Origin: a bacterium
GTDB lineage: Bacteria > Patescibacteriota > WWE3 > 2-01-FULL-39-13 > JAACPI01
Direction: 5' to 3'
Length of the DNA stretch: 64,000 nt
Assembly (NCBI GenBank): GCA_009995545.1
Contig: JAACPI010000005.1
Location: 28,244 to 92,243 of the forward strand
In this document: piece by piece, positions 27,364 through 36,707 of the stretch
How positions within the stretch are numbered: position 1 is the first letter of the stretch
Layout: every line of letters starts with the position of its first letter
Position numbers and translations under genes: made by a program
Notes under the pieces: model-generated
The model's database searches: none
The model's input: only the letters and a program-made list of their open reading frames with translations
What the model was told of the DNA's origin: nothing

Positions 27364-28761
27364 ATGCAAATTGAGTCTGCCAATAAACAACACCCTATTC
27401 CTCAAAATGTTATGGACGTGGAGTTCAAACTTATTGGGGATTTAACTGTTAGACAATTTAGCTACTTAGTAGTATTTGGCATCTTAATCCTCATAACCTT
27501 TAAAATTAGCTTACCTGGGATTTTTAAATACCCCTTGCTTTTAATTGAAACTTTAGCAGGGCTTGGATTTGCCTTTTTTCCAATGAATGATATTACTCTA
27601 GATAAGTGGGTAATAAACTACATCAATGCAATCAAAAACCCAAGGCTTAGAGTTTGGCAACACACTATAAATATTCCAACCTTTTTTACATTGGATGTCA
27701 CTAGAAAAACCCAAAGCAGTAATCAACAACCTTCCTATAACCAAAAAAGAGTAAGTATCGATGATTTTTTTGCTAGTCAAAAAGACAATAACCAAACTCA
27801 AACACCAAAAGATTTTGATGATGACACCGACTTAAAAACTAAGGAACAAGAATTTTTTAACCAAATAGGTGTAGCTACTAAGCCCAAAAAAATTAGCGAT
27901 TCTGAGCAATTAAATTTGGCTAAATCATTACATCAGGACGAACACGAATCCAAGCAACAGTTTGTTAATCACACGCCACCGGTTACTACTAATCAGTTAC
28001 CTATAACCCCTAGCAAAGATACTAAACCAGAAAACAAGATAGAGATTAAGGTAAACTACAGCAAAAATATGGAAGAAATGAACCAGCTAAAAGATAAACT
28101 AATTAAGGAGATAGAAAAAAATAAGTATAAAGTAATTGAAGGTAAAGAGGACATACTCGAAGAAAACTCACAGCAAGTACCTCAATCAAATGTAAAGGTA
28201 GTGACAGATAAAGCCGAAAAAGTTGGGTTAGTGCCCCCACCTACTACACCTACGATACCTGCTTTAGAGCAAGTTAAACCCGATATAAAAGTTAGTGCTC
28301 CCGTTGTAGAGGAGTTAACTACCCCAGTTAAGGATAAAGAAAAGGAACCTACTAGCGTGTTTAGTAGTTTTTTGCACAGTTTGAAATCTAACAAACAAAA
28401 AGAAGGGAAAGAAATAAAGGAAAAGCCTAAAACTCCAGATAATAATAATATAAAAACAAGTGCACCAACTGGAGCTATCTCTACAAACCCGGTTAAGGCA
28501 AATATAATAATTGGAACGGTAGAGGATAAACAAGGAAACCTGCTTCCAGACTGTATTGTTATAATTAAAGACTCTGATAATGAGCCGATGAGGGCCTTAA
28601 AGACTAATAATTTAGGGCAGTTTGAATCCTCTACATCCCTTGAGAACGCAGATTACAGAATAGAAGGTATTAAAGAAGGATATAAATTTACACCAGTTGC
28701 GGTTAGTGCTTTAGGAAAAGCCCTAGATCCAGTAAAATTAATAGGAGAAAAAATATTATAA
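27364..28761 (+). CDS. membrane protein with VirB3/PrgI-like N-terminus, long disordered linker and C-terminal carboxypeptidase-regulatory-like beta-sandwich
   Basis: N-terminal two-TM hairpin (FSYLVVFGILILITF...LLLIETLAGLGFAFFP), a P/T/K/E-rich ~250-aa linker, and a C-terminal IIIGTVEDKQGNLLPDCIVIIKDSDNEPMRALKTNNLGQFES matching CarbopepD_reg-like domains. Confidence 0.35.
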   Translation: MQIESANKQHPIPQNVMDVEFKLIGDLTVRQFSYLVVFGILILITFKISLPGIFKYPLLLIETLAGLGFAFFPMNDITLDKWVINYINAIKNPRLRVWQHTINIPTFFTLDVTRKTQSSNQQPSYNQKRVSIDDFFASQKDNNQTQTPKDFDDDTDLKTKEQEFFNQIGVATKPKKISDSEQLNLAKSLHQDEHESKQQFVNHTPPVTTNQLPITPSKDTKPENKIEIKVNYSKNMEEMNQLKDKLIKEIEKNKYKVIEGKEDILEENSQQVPQSNVKVVTDKAEKVGLVPPPTTPTIPALEQVKPDIKVSAPVVEELTTPVKDKEKEPTSVFSSFLHSLKSNKQKEGKEIKEKPKTPDNNNIKTSAPTGAISTNPVKANIIIGTVEDKQGNLLPDCIVIIKDSDNEPMRALKTNNLGQFESSTSLENADYRIEGIKEGYKFTPVAVSALGKALDPVKLIGEKIL

Positions 28762-28785
28762 CTGCCTGTAAATAAATAATAACCC

Positions 28786-29484
28786 ATGGAAACCACTAAG
28801 GTAAACGCATCTACACAAGAGCATTTAGATATATACGATATAAAAGAAGATATGGTGATCTTAAAAAACGGTGCCGCATCCGCTGTAATACAAACTAGTG
28901 CTATTAACTTTGAACTTCTGTCACAAAGAGAACAAGATGCAGCTATTTTTGCATACTCAGGACTTTTAAACTCTATTAGTTTTCCTATGCAAGTCATTAT
29001 TAAAAATAAAAAAATGGATATTTCTAACTATATAGATAAAATATCTGAAGCAAGAAAAAAAATTGAAAGCCCCTTGCTACAAAAGGCAGCGGAAGACTAT
29101 CAAAACTTTGTAAGCGGGATAGTACAAAATTTTGAAATTTTAGACAAAAGCTTTTATGTCGCAATCACTTATAACGAAGGTTTAATAGTACCCGGAGAAA
29201 ACCCCTTTAACTGGTTAAAAGATCTACTTGGTTTTGGACACAGGGCTAAAAGCCAAATCGATGTTGCCGACATAGCGGCAAAGGCTAAAAGCCAGCTTTC
29301 ACCAAAAACAGAGCATATTGTAAAAGAGTTTAGAAGAATAAATATTCAAGCAAAAAGACTTAACACAGAGGAGCTAATTAAGTTATTTTATGAATATTAC
29401 AACCCAGAAAGCACTATAAATAAAGAGGCCCAAGAAAATGTGGCAGATTACACTACCCCTATGGTAGAAACTTTACAAGATTAA
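28786..29484 (+). CDS. hypothetical soluble protein of the T4SS-like cluster
   Basis: 232 aa, no TM; its end is tightly coupled (2-nt gap) to the VirB4-like gene. Confidence 0.35.
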   Translation: METTKVNASTQEHLDIYDIKEDMVILKNGAASAVIQTSAINFELLSQREQDAAIFAYSGLLNSISFPMQVIIKNKKMDISNYIDKISEARKKIESPLLQKAAEDYQNFVSGIVQNFEILDKSFYVAITYNEGLIVPGENPFNWLKDLLGFGHRAKSQIDVADIAAKAKSQLSPKTEHIVKEFRRINIQAKRLNTEELIKLFYEYYNPESTINKEAQENVADYTTPMVETLQD

Positions 29485-29485
29485 A

Positions 29486-31615
29486 ATGAAAATACCTTTT
29501 TTAAATACAAAAAAAACAGCTACCTTACCTCCCCCAGTACCTCAAAAACCGGGGAGTACTAATGTTACAAGTTCCCCAACGCCGTTAAAAGAGGGGATTA
29601 AAACAGCAGACATAAAAATAAACACTAAAGAGGCCAAAGTGGATAAAGCAGTAAATACTTTTTCTGCTGGTGTCACAGATATTAAAGATATAATAGCTCC
29701 GGCCTCAATCTATGTAGATTTTAACCACTTAAAGATTGGAAACAAATTTTACAGAAGTTTTTTTATCTCGGGATACCCAAGATATGTTGGAGCTAATTGG
29801 TTAACCTCCTTAATCAATTTTGAGCACCCTGTAGAACTCTCTATGTTTTATTACCCCATAGAGGCTAAAGGGGTTTTAGAGGATCTAAGAAAGAAGATTA
29901 CAGAATTTCAGGCTACACTTTCAACAGACAGAGAAAATGGCAAGGTGATGGATCCAAAGGTTGAGGCTGCCCTTAAAGACGCGCTCGCCTTACAAGATAA
30001 ATTAGTAAAAGGAGTAGAACGATTTTTTCAATTCTCTTTTTACATCACAATTCCAGCCGATTCACTAGAAGAGTTGGACAATACGACCAAGATGCTTCAA
30101 GGGGTTTTGGGAGCACTGCTTATTGTAGCTAAAGAAAGCACTTTACAAATGGAGCAGGCATTTCAGTCAACAATCCCACTTTGTGTAGATAAAATGCTTT
30201 ATGTTAGAAATATGGACACCTCTTCTATTGCCACAACATTTCCTTTTACATCTAGTGAACTAACCAGAAACGAAGGAATACTTTACGGAATTAACAAACA
30301 CAACGGCTCTTTAATTATCTTCGACAGATTTTCTTTAGAAAACGCTAATTCCTGTATTTTTGCAACTTCTGGTGCTGGAAAATCCTATCTGGTAAAACTA
30401 GAAATTTTACGTTCCCTAATGTTTGGCACAGAGTGTATAGCCATCGACCCAGAAAGAGAGTATAAATCCCTGTCGGAGGCGGTAGGGGGAGAGTTTATTG
30501 AATTTTCTGAAAACTCAGCTTCTAAAATTAATCCGTTTGATATACCGACCACAGATAATCAGGAGGGTGGGGAGCTTGCTGAAAATGCATTAGGATCAAA
30601 AATACTTAGCTTACACTCTCTGTTTAAAATAATCTTTGGAAATATGAGTAACACCGAAGAAGCTATTTTAGACAAAGCTATTGTAGAAACCTACCGACTA
30701 AAAGGAATCGGACCAGACCCTAAAACACACGCTAACGAATCACCAATTATGGAAGATCTTTACAAAGTACTATTAGGAATGGATGAGCCAGAGTCCAAAA
30801 ACCTTTCGGCAAGGCTAGAAAGGTATGTTAAAGGTTCTTTAGCAGGAATATTTAATCAGCGAACTAATATTAAGTTAGATAACCCTTTTACAGTTTTTTC
30901 CGTTAGAAATTTAGAAGACGTTTTAAGACCCATTGCCTACTACATTATTTTAGACTTTATTTGGACTAAGGTGAAAATGAAAATGAAAAAAAGACTTCTT
31001 GTAGTAGACGAGGCTTGGTATTTAATGACCCACGAAGACTCCGCCTACTTCATGTACTCCATTGCAAAAAGAGCTCGAAAATATTATTTAGGGCTCACCA
31101 CCATTAGTCAGGATGTTAACGATTTTTTAAATTCCGAACACGGCCAAGTAATCATAACTAACGCGGCTATTAAAATACTGTTAAAACAGTCTCCCAGCTC
31201 TATAGATAGATTATCCGAAGTTTTTCATTTATCTGAAGGAGAAAAAAGACTTCTATTGTCTGTTGGGATAGGGGAGGGACTCTTTTTTGCAGGTAATAAC
31301 CATGTGGCTATGCAAGTTGTTGCTAGCAAAGAGGAACATAAAATTGTAACTACAAACCCAGAAGAAGTATTAAAAAAACAGGCAGGAATAAAAGAGGCGG
31401 AACTGAAATCTGAGATCACAGCAGGAAGGGCTTTAAACCAAGAAGATAAACCTAAAACAGAACCAATAAACGAAGAGGTGGTAAACAAAACTCTAGAACA
31501 AGTTCAAGAACCAAGTAATTCTATAGAGAATACAAATGTAAAAGATAATGTATCTAAAACAGCAGAAAGTAAACCATCCCAGGAATTAAAAAAGAACACA
31601 ATTGCGCTGGAATAG
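29486..31615 (+). CDS. VirB4/TrsE-like conjugation-type ATPase
   Basis: Walker A ATSGAGKSY and Walker B LLVVDEAWYLM; the 700-aa size and N-terminal non-ATPase domain are typical of Gram-positive VirB4 homologues (DUF87/AAA-like). Confidence 0.7.
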   Translation: MKIPFLNTKKTATLPPPVPQKPGSTNVTSSPTPLKEGIKTADIKINTKEAKVDKAVNTFSAGVTDIKDIIAPASIYVDFNHLKIGNKFYRSFFISGYPRYVGANWLTSLINFEHPVELSMFYYPIEAKGVLEDLRKKITEFQATLSTDRENGKVMDPKVEAALKDALALQDKLVKGVERFFQFSFYITIPADSLEELDNTTKMLQGVLGALLIVAKESTLQMEQAFQSTIPLCVDKMLYVRNMDTSSIATTFPFTSSELTRNEGILYGINKHNGSLIIFDRFSLENANSCIFATSGAGKSYLVKLEILRSLMFGTECIAIDPEREYKSLSEAVGGEFIEFSENSASKINPFDIPTTDNQEGGELAENALGSKILSLHSLFKIIFGNMSNTEEAILDKAIVETYRLKGIGPDPKTHANESPIMEDLYKVLLGMDEPESKNLSARLERYVKGSLAGIFNQRTNIKLDNPFTVFSVRNLEDVLRPIAYYIILDFIWTKVKMKMKKRLLVVDEAWYLMTHEDSAYFMYSIAKRARKYYLGLTTISQDVNDFLNSEHGQVIITNAAIKILLKQSPSSIDRLSEVFHLSEGEKRLLLSVGIGEGLFFAGNNHVAMQVVASKEEHKIVTTNPEEVLKKQAGIKEAELKSEITAGRALNQEDKPKTEPINEEVVNKTLEQVQEPSNSIENTNVKDNVSKTAESKPSQELKKNTIALE

Positions 31616-31628
31616 TTAAAAAAGTAGT

Positions 31629-32753
31629 TTATTCCCAGTAGGGTTGAAGAGGTACCGCCACATGTAAATAATCTTTTCGAGTATCAGGAATAAATAAGGC
31701 GGGGGTAGTTTGTCCGGAACAGTGGACTGTTATATTTTCACAGCTTACATTGTTTAAAAAATCTAAAAGATAAGAAACTTTAAAGGCCATTTCTAAGTCA
31801 TCTCCCTCAGAATCTATCAAGGTTAAACCTTGTTTGTGGCTTCCTAATTGAACATCATCACTTAGTATATTTAAGGTCTTTTCTTTGGTTTTTAGGCTCA
31901 GTCTAACTGCTTCAGTTTCTTTAGAAAATACAGAAGCAAGCTTAATCGCATTTAAAAAATCCCCATGGGGTAAAGTAAAATGGGATATAGGGCTTTTAGG
32001 TATAACACTTTCGTAATCTGGAAAATCACCATCTAAAATTTTAGATACAAAAAATAAATCTTCTAAGTCGAAAATTACATTCCCAGAGCTGGGTTGAAAG
32101 TCTATAGTAATATCAGACTCAGGTTTGGCCATTCTGATAACCTCTAACAGGTTTTTAGCCGGTACAATCATATCTTCCATGTCTTTTGGCATAGAAGTAA
32201 GACTGCTTAAAGGGAGTAATTTTCTAGATAGCCTGTAACCGTCTAAACCAACGAAATGTAAATCCTTACCTACAGTTTTTAGTAAAATTCCTGTCCAAGC
32301 TGGCCTCATATCATCTTTGCTTGAAGAAAAATGGGTTTCATCCACCGAGGATTTTAGTACTGCAGCGGAAATTTTCATTTTATTCTCGCTAAGAGTGTAA
32401 TTAATTGCGGGGTACTCCTCGGCACTCATACCGTTAAAAGAAGCTTTTGCCGTTTTTGTTTTTACAGAAAAAGATTCTCCTTTTATTTCACCTTCAATGT
32501 ACTCATCCTTTAGACCGTTTACAAAGTCATAAAGAGATTTGGCTGGTACAGTAATACTACCTTCCCCTTCAATTTTACCGCCTACCCAAGTAACAATGGA
32601 CTTTTCTAAATCACTAGCAACAAGCTTAAGACGCCCACCATCTGATTCCAATAAAACATTCTGTAGTATAGGCAAAGAAGATTTAACAGATATAGCCTTT
32701 AGAGTAATGCTTAAGGCTTTGGCAAATTTTTCACGCACTAGAGTAAACTTCAT
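31629..32753 (-). CDS. dnaN: DNA polymerase III beta sliding clamp
   Basis: 374 aa with the three-domain clamp pattern (KFTLVREKFAKAL...LPILQNVLLE...); located in the origin region. Confidence 0.85.
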   Translation of the reverse strand: MKFTLVREKFAKALSITLKAISVKSSLPILQNVLLESDGGRLKLVASDLEKSIVTWVGGKIEGEGSITVPAKSLYDFVNGLKDEYIEGEIKGESFSVKTKTAKASFNGMSAEEYPAINYTLSENKMKISAAVLKSSVDETHFSSSKDDMRPAWTGILLKTVGKDLHFVGLDGYRLSRKLLPLSSLTSMPKDMEDMIVPAKNLLEVIRMAKPESDITIDFQPSSGNVIFDLEDLFFVSKILDGDFPDYESVIPKSPISHFTLPHGDFLNAIKLASVFSKETEAVRLSLKTKEKTLNILSDDVQLGSHKQGLTLIDSEGDDLEMAFKVSYLLDFLNNVSCENITVHCSGQTTPALFIPDTRKDYLHVAVPLQPYWE

Positions 32754-32812
32754 TAAGGCAAGTGTATAATTTTATAGAAATTTAATCCAGAGAGGTTTTA
32801 GTTTTAGGTAGC

Positions 32813-33283
32813 TTATTTTAAATCAGACTTAGAAACAACAACTCGTCTTTCCATATCTTCGCCAATACTAAACGAAACTACATCTTTGTACAAAGCTATT
32901 TCTGTATGAATAACTCTTCTTTCTACAGGTTTCATAGGAGGAAACTTATAAGTACCCCCTTCACTGGATATCTGCAGCGCAACAGATTTCACTCTTTCTC
33001 TTAGTTTGTCTTCTCTATCTTTTCTATAGCCACCAATATCCACAAAAATACTAAACTCACCCTCTATATTTCTAGATACAAAAGCGTAAAGGATACTTTG
33101 GATCGAAAAGATATTCTCCCCATGATAACCAATTAAATTACCAAAATCCTCCCCTTCGATTTCCACTGATAATAAGTTTTCTTCGGAATCGAAGGTAGTA
33201 ACTATATCAAAATCACTAACATCTAAACTCTCTAAAAGAGACTTTAAAAATTCGTTTATGCTGTTTATATCTTTATCTCCCAT
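32813..33283 (-). CDS. khpB: RNA-binding protein KhpB/Jag (KH + R3H domains)
   Basis: C-terminal R3H motif (ERRVIHTEIA) after a KH-like GNLIGYHGENIFSIQ; conserved position after yidC. Confidence 0.7.
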   Translation of the reverse strand: MGDKDINSINEFLKSLLESLDVSDFDIVTTFDSEENLLSVEIEGEDFGNLIGYHGENIFSIQSILYAFVSRNIEGEFSIFVDIGGYRKDREDKLRERVKSVALQISSEGGTYKFPPMKPVERRVIHTEIALYKDVVSFSIGEDMERRVVVSKSDLK

Positions 33284-33297
33284 ATTTATAAAATAAA

Positions 33298-34026
33298 TTA
33301 ACCTTTAATAATGTACTTTTTTAAGGCCCAATTCTGTAAAATAGTATACAAGCTACTGACAAACCAATACAAGGCTAAACCAGAAGGAAAGTTGATAGTA
33401 AAAAATACAGTCATAATTGGAAACATATATAGCATTTGGGATTGCATTTGAGTAGCTATATCATCCACCCCAGATTCGGTTTTTTTTGCAATCTTTTCAG
33501 CGGCTTTAACTTTAGGCATCATATACTTAGATGCAAAAAATTGAGCTATACCCGTTAAAACAGGAAGTATATAGTAGGGATCTTTTTTAAATAAATCTAA
33601 ATAGAGAAAATAATGGTTTATAGGGTTTTCCCTTAAAATACTAGAATAATAAAAGCTAGGGTCTATAGTCCCGTCAAAAAGGCCCCTAAAAACATTAAAT
33701 AGGGCTAACAGAATAATCATAAACACTATACTGGGCAAACAGCCTCCTGCTGGACTAACTCCGTGCTTTTTATAAAGATCCATCTGGGCTTTCGCCAATT
33801 CTGACTTATCTTTATGCTTTTCTTTAAGCTTTTTTAAATCCTCATCCATATCTCCTTTTTTAAGAGACAGCCTAAGTTGAGGTATGCTAAGTGGGACTAA
33901 AATCGTTTTTAAAATAAGGGTCAGAAGAATAATAGAAATACCTAAATTACCGGTATAAAGCTCCAAAAAAACTAATGAGTTAAATATCGGCTTTTTTAAT
34001 ATTTCTATCCAAATAAAATTTAACAT
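33298..34026 (-). CDS. yidC: membrane protein insertase YidC (short Gram-positive/OxaA type)
   Basis: KHGVSPAGGCLPSIVFMIILLALF core motif and five TM helices. Confidence 0.8.
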   Translation of the reverse strand: MLNFIWIEILKKPIFNSLVFLELYTGNLGISIILLTLILKTILVPLSIPQLRLSLKKGDMDEDLKKLKEKHKDKSELAKAQMDLYKKHGVSPAGGCLPSIVFMIILLALFNVFRGLFDGTIDPSFYYSSILRENPINHYFLYLDLFKKDPYYILPVLTGIAQFFASKYMMPKVKAAEKIAKKTESGVDDIATQMQSQMLYMFPIMTVFFTINFPSGLALYWFVSSLYTILQNWALKKYIIKG

Positions 34027-34033
34027 ATTTATA

Positions 34034-34270
34034 TTATTTTAAGGGGTCATGGCCCCCTTTTGCAAAGGGATGACACCTTAAAAGTCTTTTTATACCTAAA
34101 TAAAAACCTTTTATAACACCATACTTATTCACCGCTTGATAAGTGTATTCCGAACAAGTCGGATCGTAAATACAAACTGCAGGATTACCAAATAACTTCC
34201 CTAGATACCCCTGATCAATACTAAGATATTTTTGATAAAACCTTATTAATCTCGAAACTGATTTTTTCAT
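34034..34270 (-). CDS. yidD: membrane protein insertion efficiency factor YidD
   Basis: YQKYLS...CIYDPTCSEYTYQAVNKYG...CHPFAKGGHDP matches the YidD/haemolytic domain. Confidence 0.8.
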   Translation of the reverse strand: MKKSVSRLIRFYQKYLSIDQGYLGKLFGNPAVCIYDPTCSEYTYQAVNKYGVIKGFYLGIKRLLRCHPFAKGGHDPLK

Positions 34271-34562
34271 TTGTTAAATCCTCTTTTTTAAGGGTATCTT
34301 TTACTATAAATACGTAATGACCCTTAAGTAATTCTAAACTAGTATACTTTTTATATAAGGTGGCCTTAATATGCCTTCTTAAAAAATTTCTATCCGTTGA
34401 CTTACTCAAAAACTTTTTACCTACTATAAAAGTAAACTTAGTTGTCTCGTTAGAATAAAATTTAAGTTTTAAATAAGAAGAGGTAGCAGACTTGTCGGGA
34501 TATTTAGTCTTTAATAATAGAACCTCGAAAGACTTTAGTCGTAACTCTTTGGGAAGATTCAC
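34221..34562 (-). CDS. rnpA: ribonuclease P protein component
   Basis: Basic 113-aa protein with the RnpA motif region (FIVGKKFLSKSTDRNFLRRHIKA); lies between rpmH and yidD. Confidence 0.75.
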   Translation of the reverse strand: MNLPKELRLKSFEVLLLKTKYPDKSATSSYLKLKFYSNETTKFTFIVGKKFLSKSTDRNFLRRHIKATLYKKYTSLELLKGHYVFIVKDTLKKEDLTNEKISFEINKVLSKIS

Positions 34563-34570
34563 CCTAAAAG

Positions 34571-34735
34571 TTAGCGCCCCTTAAATTTGGGGACATCTAC
34601 TGCTAACTTTTTTCTGCCTTTAGTACGGCGTCTTTTAAGCACATTCTTACCTCCAGGAGTCTCTCTCCTAGCCCTGAACCCGTGCTTCTTTCTTTTTCTT
34701 TTACTGCCTTTGTTATCGGCTCTTTTAGATCCCAT
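34571..34735 (-). CDS. rpmH: 50S ribosomal protein L34
   Basis: Not in the ORF track (54 aa). Manual translation of the minus strand gives [54 protein letters not shown], carrying the L34 core KRKRxHGFRAR...G..VL.RRR.KGRK.L. Confidence 0.8.
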   Translation of the reverse strand: MGSKRADNKGSKRKRKKHGFRARRETPGGKNVLKRRRTKGRKKLAVDVPKFKGR

Positions 34736-34870
34736 GTTTAAAAAATAAATTTACACTAAAGACTGCAGTAAAGATAATAGCACATTTTCTTTTAAATAAA
34801 AGGGAATGTTAGTATAAGTATAACCAAAATGAAGTAAAGGTATAAATTAAGTATATTGTTTGACAAAGAA

Positions 34871-34879
34871 TGTGGATAA
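34871..34879. promoter_or_regulatory. perfect DnaA box (TGTGGATAA) in rpmH-dnaA spacer
   Basis: Exact match to the TTATCCACA consensus (reverse orientation), 95 nt upstream of the dnaA start. Confidence 0.55.
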
Positions 34880-34974
34880 CTTATTATTACAACACGGTAT
34901 TTAGACTGTATAAATCTTCTAAATGCTCCTGTTAAAGCCCTTATCAAATTGTGCCCTAATCTTAAACTATACGA

Positions 34975-36390
34975 ATGGAACCCGAAAAATTGTGGAAAAG
35001 TGTACTAGGTGAGCTGGAGCTAGCGGTCTCCCCAACTTACTACAATACTTTTTTTCCAAGCACTAAAATTACAAAAATTGAAAACGAGAGTATAGAAATT
35101 TTTTGCCAAAACAATGTTTCAAAGGAAATTCTACAACAGAGGTATAGTAAAGACATAAAAAAACTGATAAAAGATAGGACTGGACAGGAATTTGACATTA
35201 TATTTACTACTAAAAACTCAGTAGACCAGGGGAAGTTTATTACGGATGCACCCCTTTTTGGCAATAAGAATACAAGTACCGTAAGAGAACAAGACTTAGA
35301 ACAAAGTAGGCACACCTCAACGAACACACCCCTAAAAGAGACGGTAAGCAATGGTTTAGTTAAAGAATATAACTTCCAAAACTTTATAGTAGGCCCTAAT
35401 AACAGATTAGCTTATACCGTTGCCAAAACTGTTGCCGAAAACCCAGGTAATAGTTATAACCCCTTCTTAATATACTCGGGTGTTGGACTTGGAAAAACGC
35501 ATTTGCTACACGCAATTGGGAATGAGATTTTTAAAAACCACCCAGATTACAAAATCGTTTATTGTACCGGACAAGAGTTTTTAAATGACTTAATGGAGGC
35601 CCTACAGAACACTAGAACTAATGGTGGGACTATTAGAGACTTTAAAAAAAGATTCACAGACATAGATGTTTGGCTAATTGATGACGTACAAGTTATAGCC
35701 GGAAGAGAAGCAACTCAGGAGGAATTTTACTTCGCTTTTAATCATTTATATTTGAGCAAAAAGCAAATAGTACTCAGCTCAGATAGACATCCTTCAGAAA
35801 TTAAGAAATTACACGAAAGAATATCCTCAAGATTTAATATGGGCATGGTTGCGGATGTACAAAAGCCGGATGTAGACGTAAGAACAGCTATTTTAAGAAA
35901 CAAAAGAGAGGATTTGGGCATAGATATCGATAATGAAACCCTCGATTACATAGCTAACAACATTAACTCGAATATTAGAGAACTAGAAGGGGCCTTCACC
36001 CAGGTAGTTACTTATGCCAAAGCTATGAATATTAAAGCTAATATAAGTGCTGCCAAACAGGCTTTAAATAACTCTATAGTAACAAAAGAAGAAAAGAATA
36101 TTAAACCTAACAAAGTTGTTAGGGAAGTATGTGAGTATTACCATTTAGAAACTCGAGAGGTTAAAGGTCCAAGAAGGACAAAAGAGGTAGTATTACCTAG
36201 GCAAATAATCATGTATCTTCTAAAAGAAATTAACCAACTTCCTTTAATGGAAATAGGCGTATTACTAGGAAATAGAGACCACACCACAGTTATGTACGGC
36301 ATTGGAAAAATCAAAAGTGAGCTTAAAAACGACAACTTCAAAATTAAAAAAGATATATCAATAATTAAAGAAATAATTCTGGATAAGTAG
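34975..36390 (+). CDS. dnaA: chromosomal replication initiator DnaA
   Basis: AAA+ Walker A GVGLGKTHLLHAIGNE, Walker B LIDDVQ, sensor motifs, and the C-terminal DNA-binding helix-turn-helix (HTTVMYGIGKIK). Confidence 0.9.
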   Translation: MEPEKLWKSVLGELELAVSPTYYNTFFPSTKITKIENESIEIFCQNNVSKEILQQRYSKDIKKLIKDRTGQEFDIIFTTKNSVDQGKFITDAPLFGNKNTSTVREQDLEQSRHTSTNTPLKETVSNGLVKEYNFQNFIVGPNNRLAYTVAKTVAENPGNSYNPFLIYSGVGLGKTHLLHAIGNEIFKNHPDYKIVYCTGQEFLNDLMEALQNTRTNGGTIRDFKKRFTDIDVWLIDDVQVIAGREATQEEFYFAFNHLYLSKKQIVLSSDRHPSEIKKLHERISSRFNMGMVADVQKPDVDVRTAILRNKREDLGIDIDNETLDYIANNINSNIRELEGAFTQVVTYAKAMNIKANISAAKQALNNSIVTKEEKNIKPNKVVREVCEYYHLETREVKGPRRTKEVVLPRQIIMYLLKEINQLPLMEIGVLLGNRDHTTVMYGIGKIKSELKNDNFKIKKDISIIKEIILDK

Positions 36391-36707
36391 AAAAATTTGT
36401 GGATAAAATAGGAGGACAGGGGATAAAATAGTTAATTACTAGAGGCTTTGTTAATAAGTACACACAATTTTCCACAAGTTCTCCACATAATTATTAGGGT
36501 TATTAACAGTAAAGAAACCCCATAAACAAAGGTGGTACGTAGTTTGTAGTAATGTAAATAGCTAAGGTAGGGGAGGTTGAATAATTAACATTGGCAAAGT
36601 GAGTTTTATGTTGTGAGTACAGAGGTTACAATGGTTATACACTTATTAACACTTACTACTACTAACTCTAATAAATTAAAACAAAAAAATTATAATAATA
36701 AGAACCA
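36391..36707. promoter_or_regulatory. probable oriC segment: DnaA-box cluster plus AT-rich unwinding region downstream of dnaA
   Basis: TGTGGATAA (36398-36406, perfect), AGGGGATAA (weak), TTTTCCACA (36468-36476, 1 mismatch), TTCTCCACA (36479-36487, 1 mismatch), then an A/T-rich stretch (36660-36705). Confidence 0.55.
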
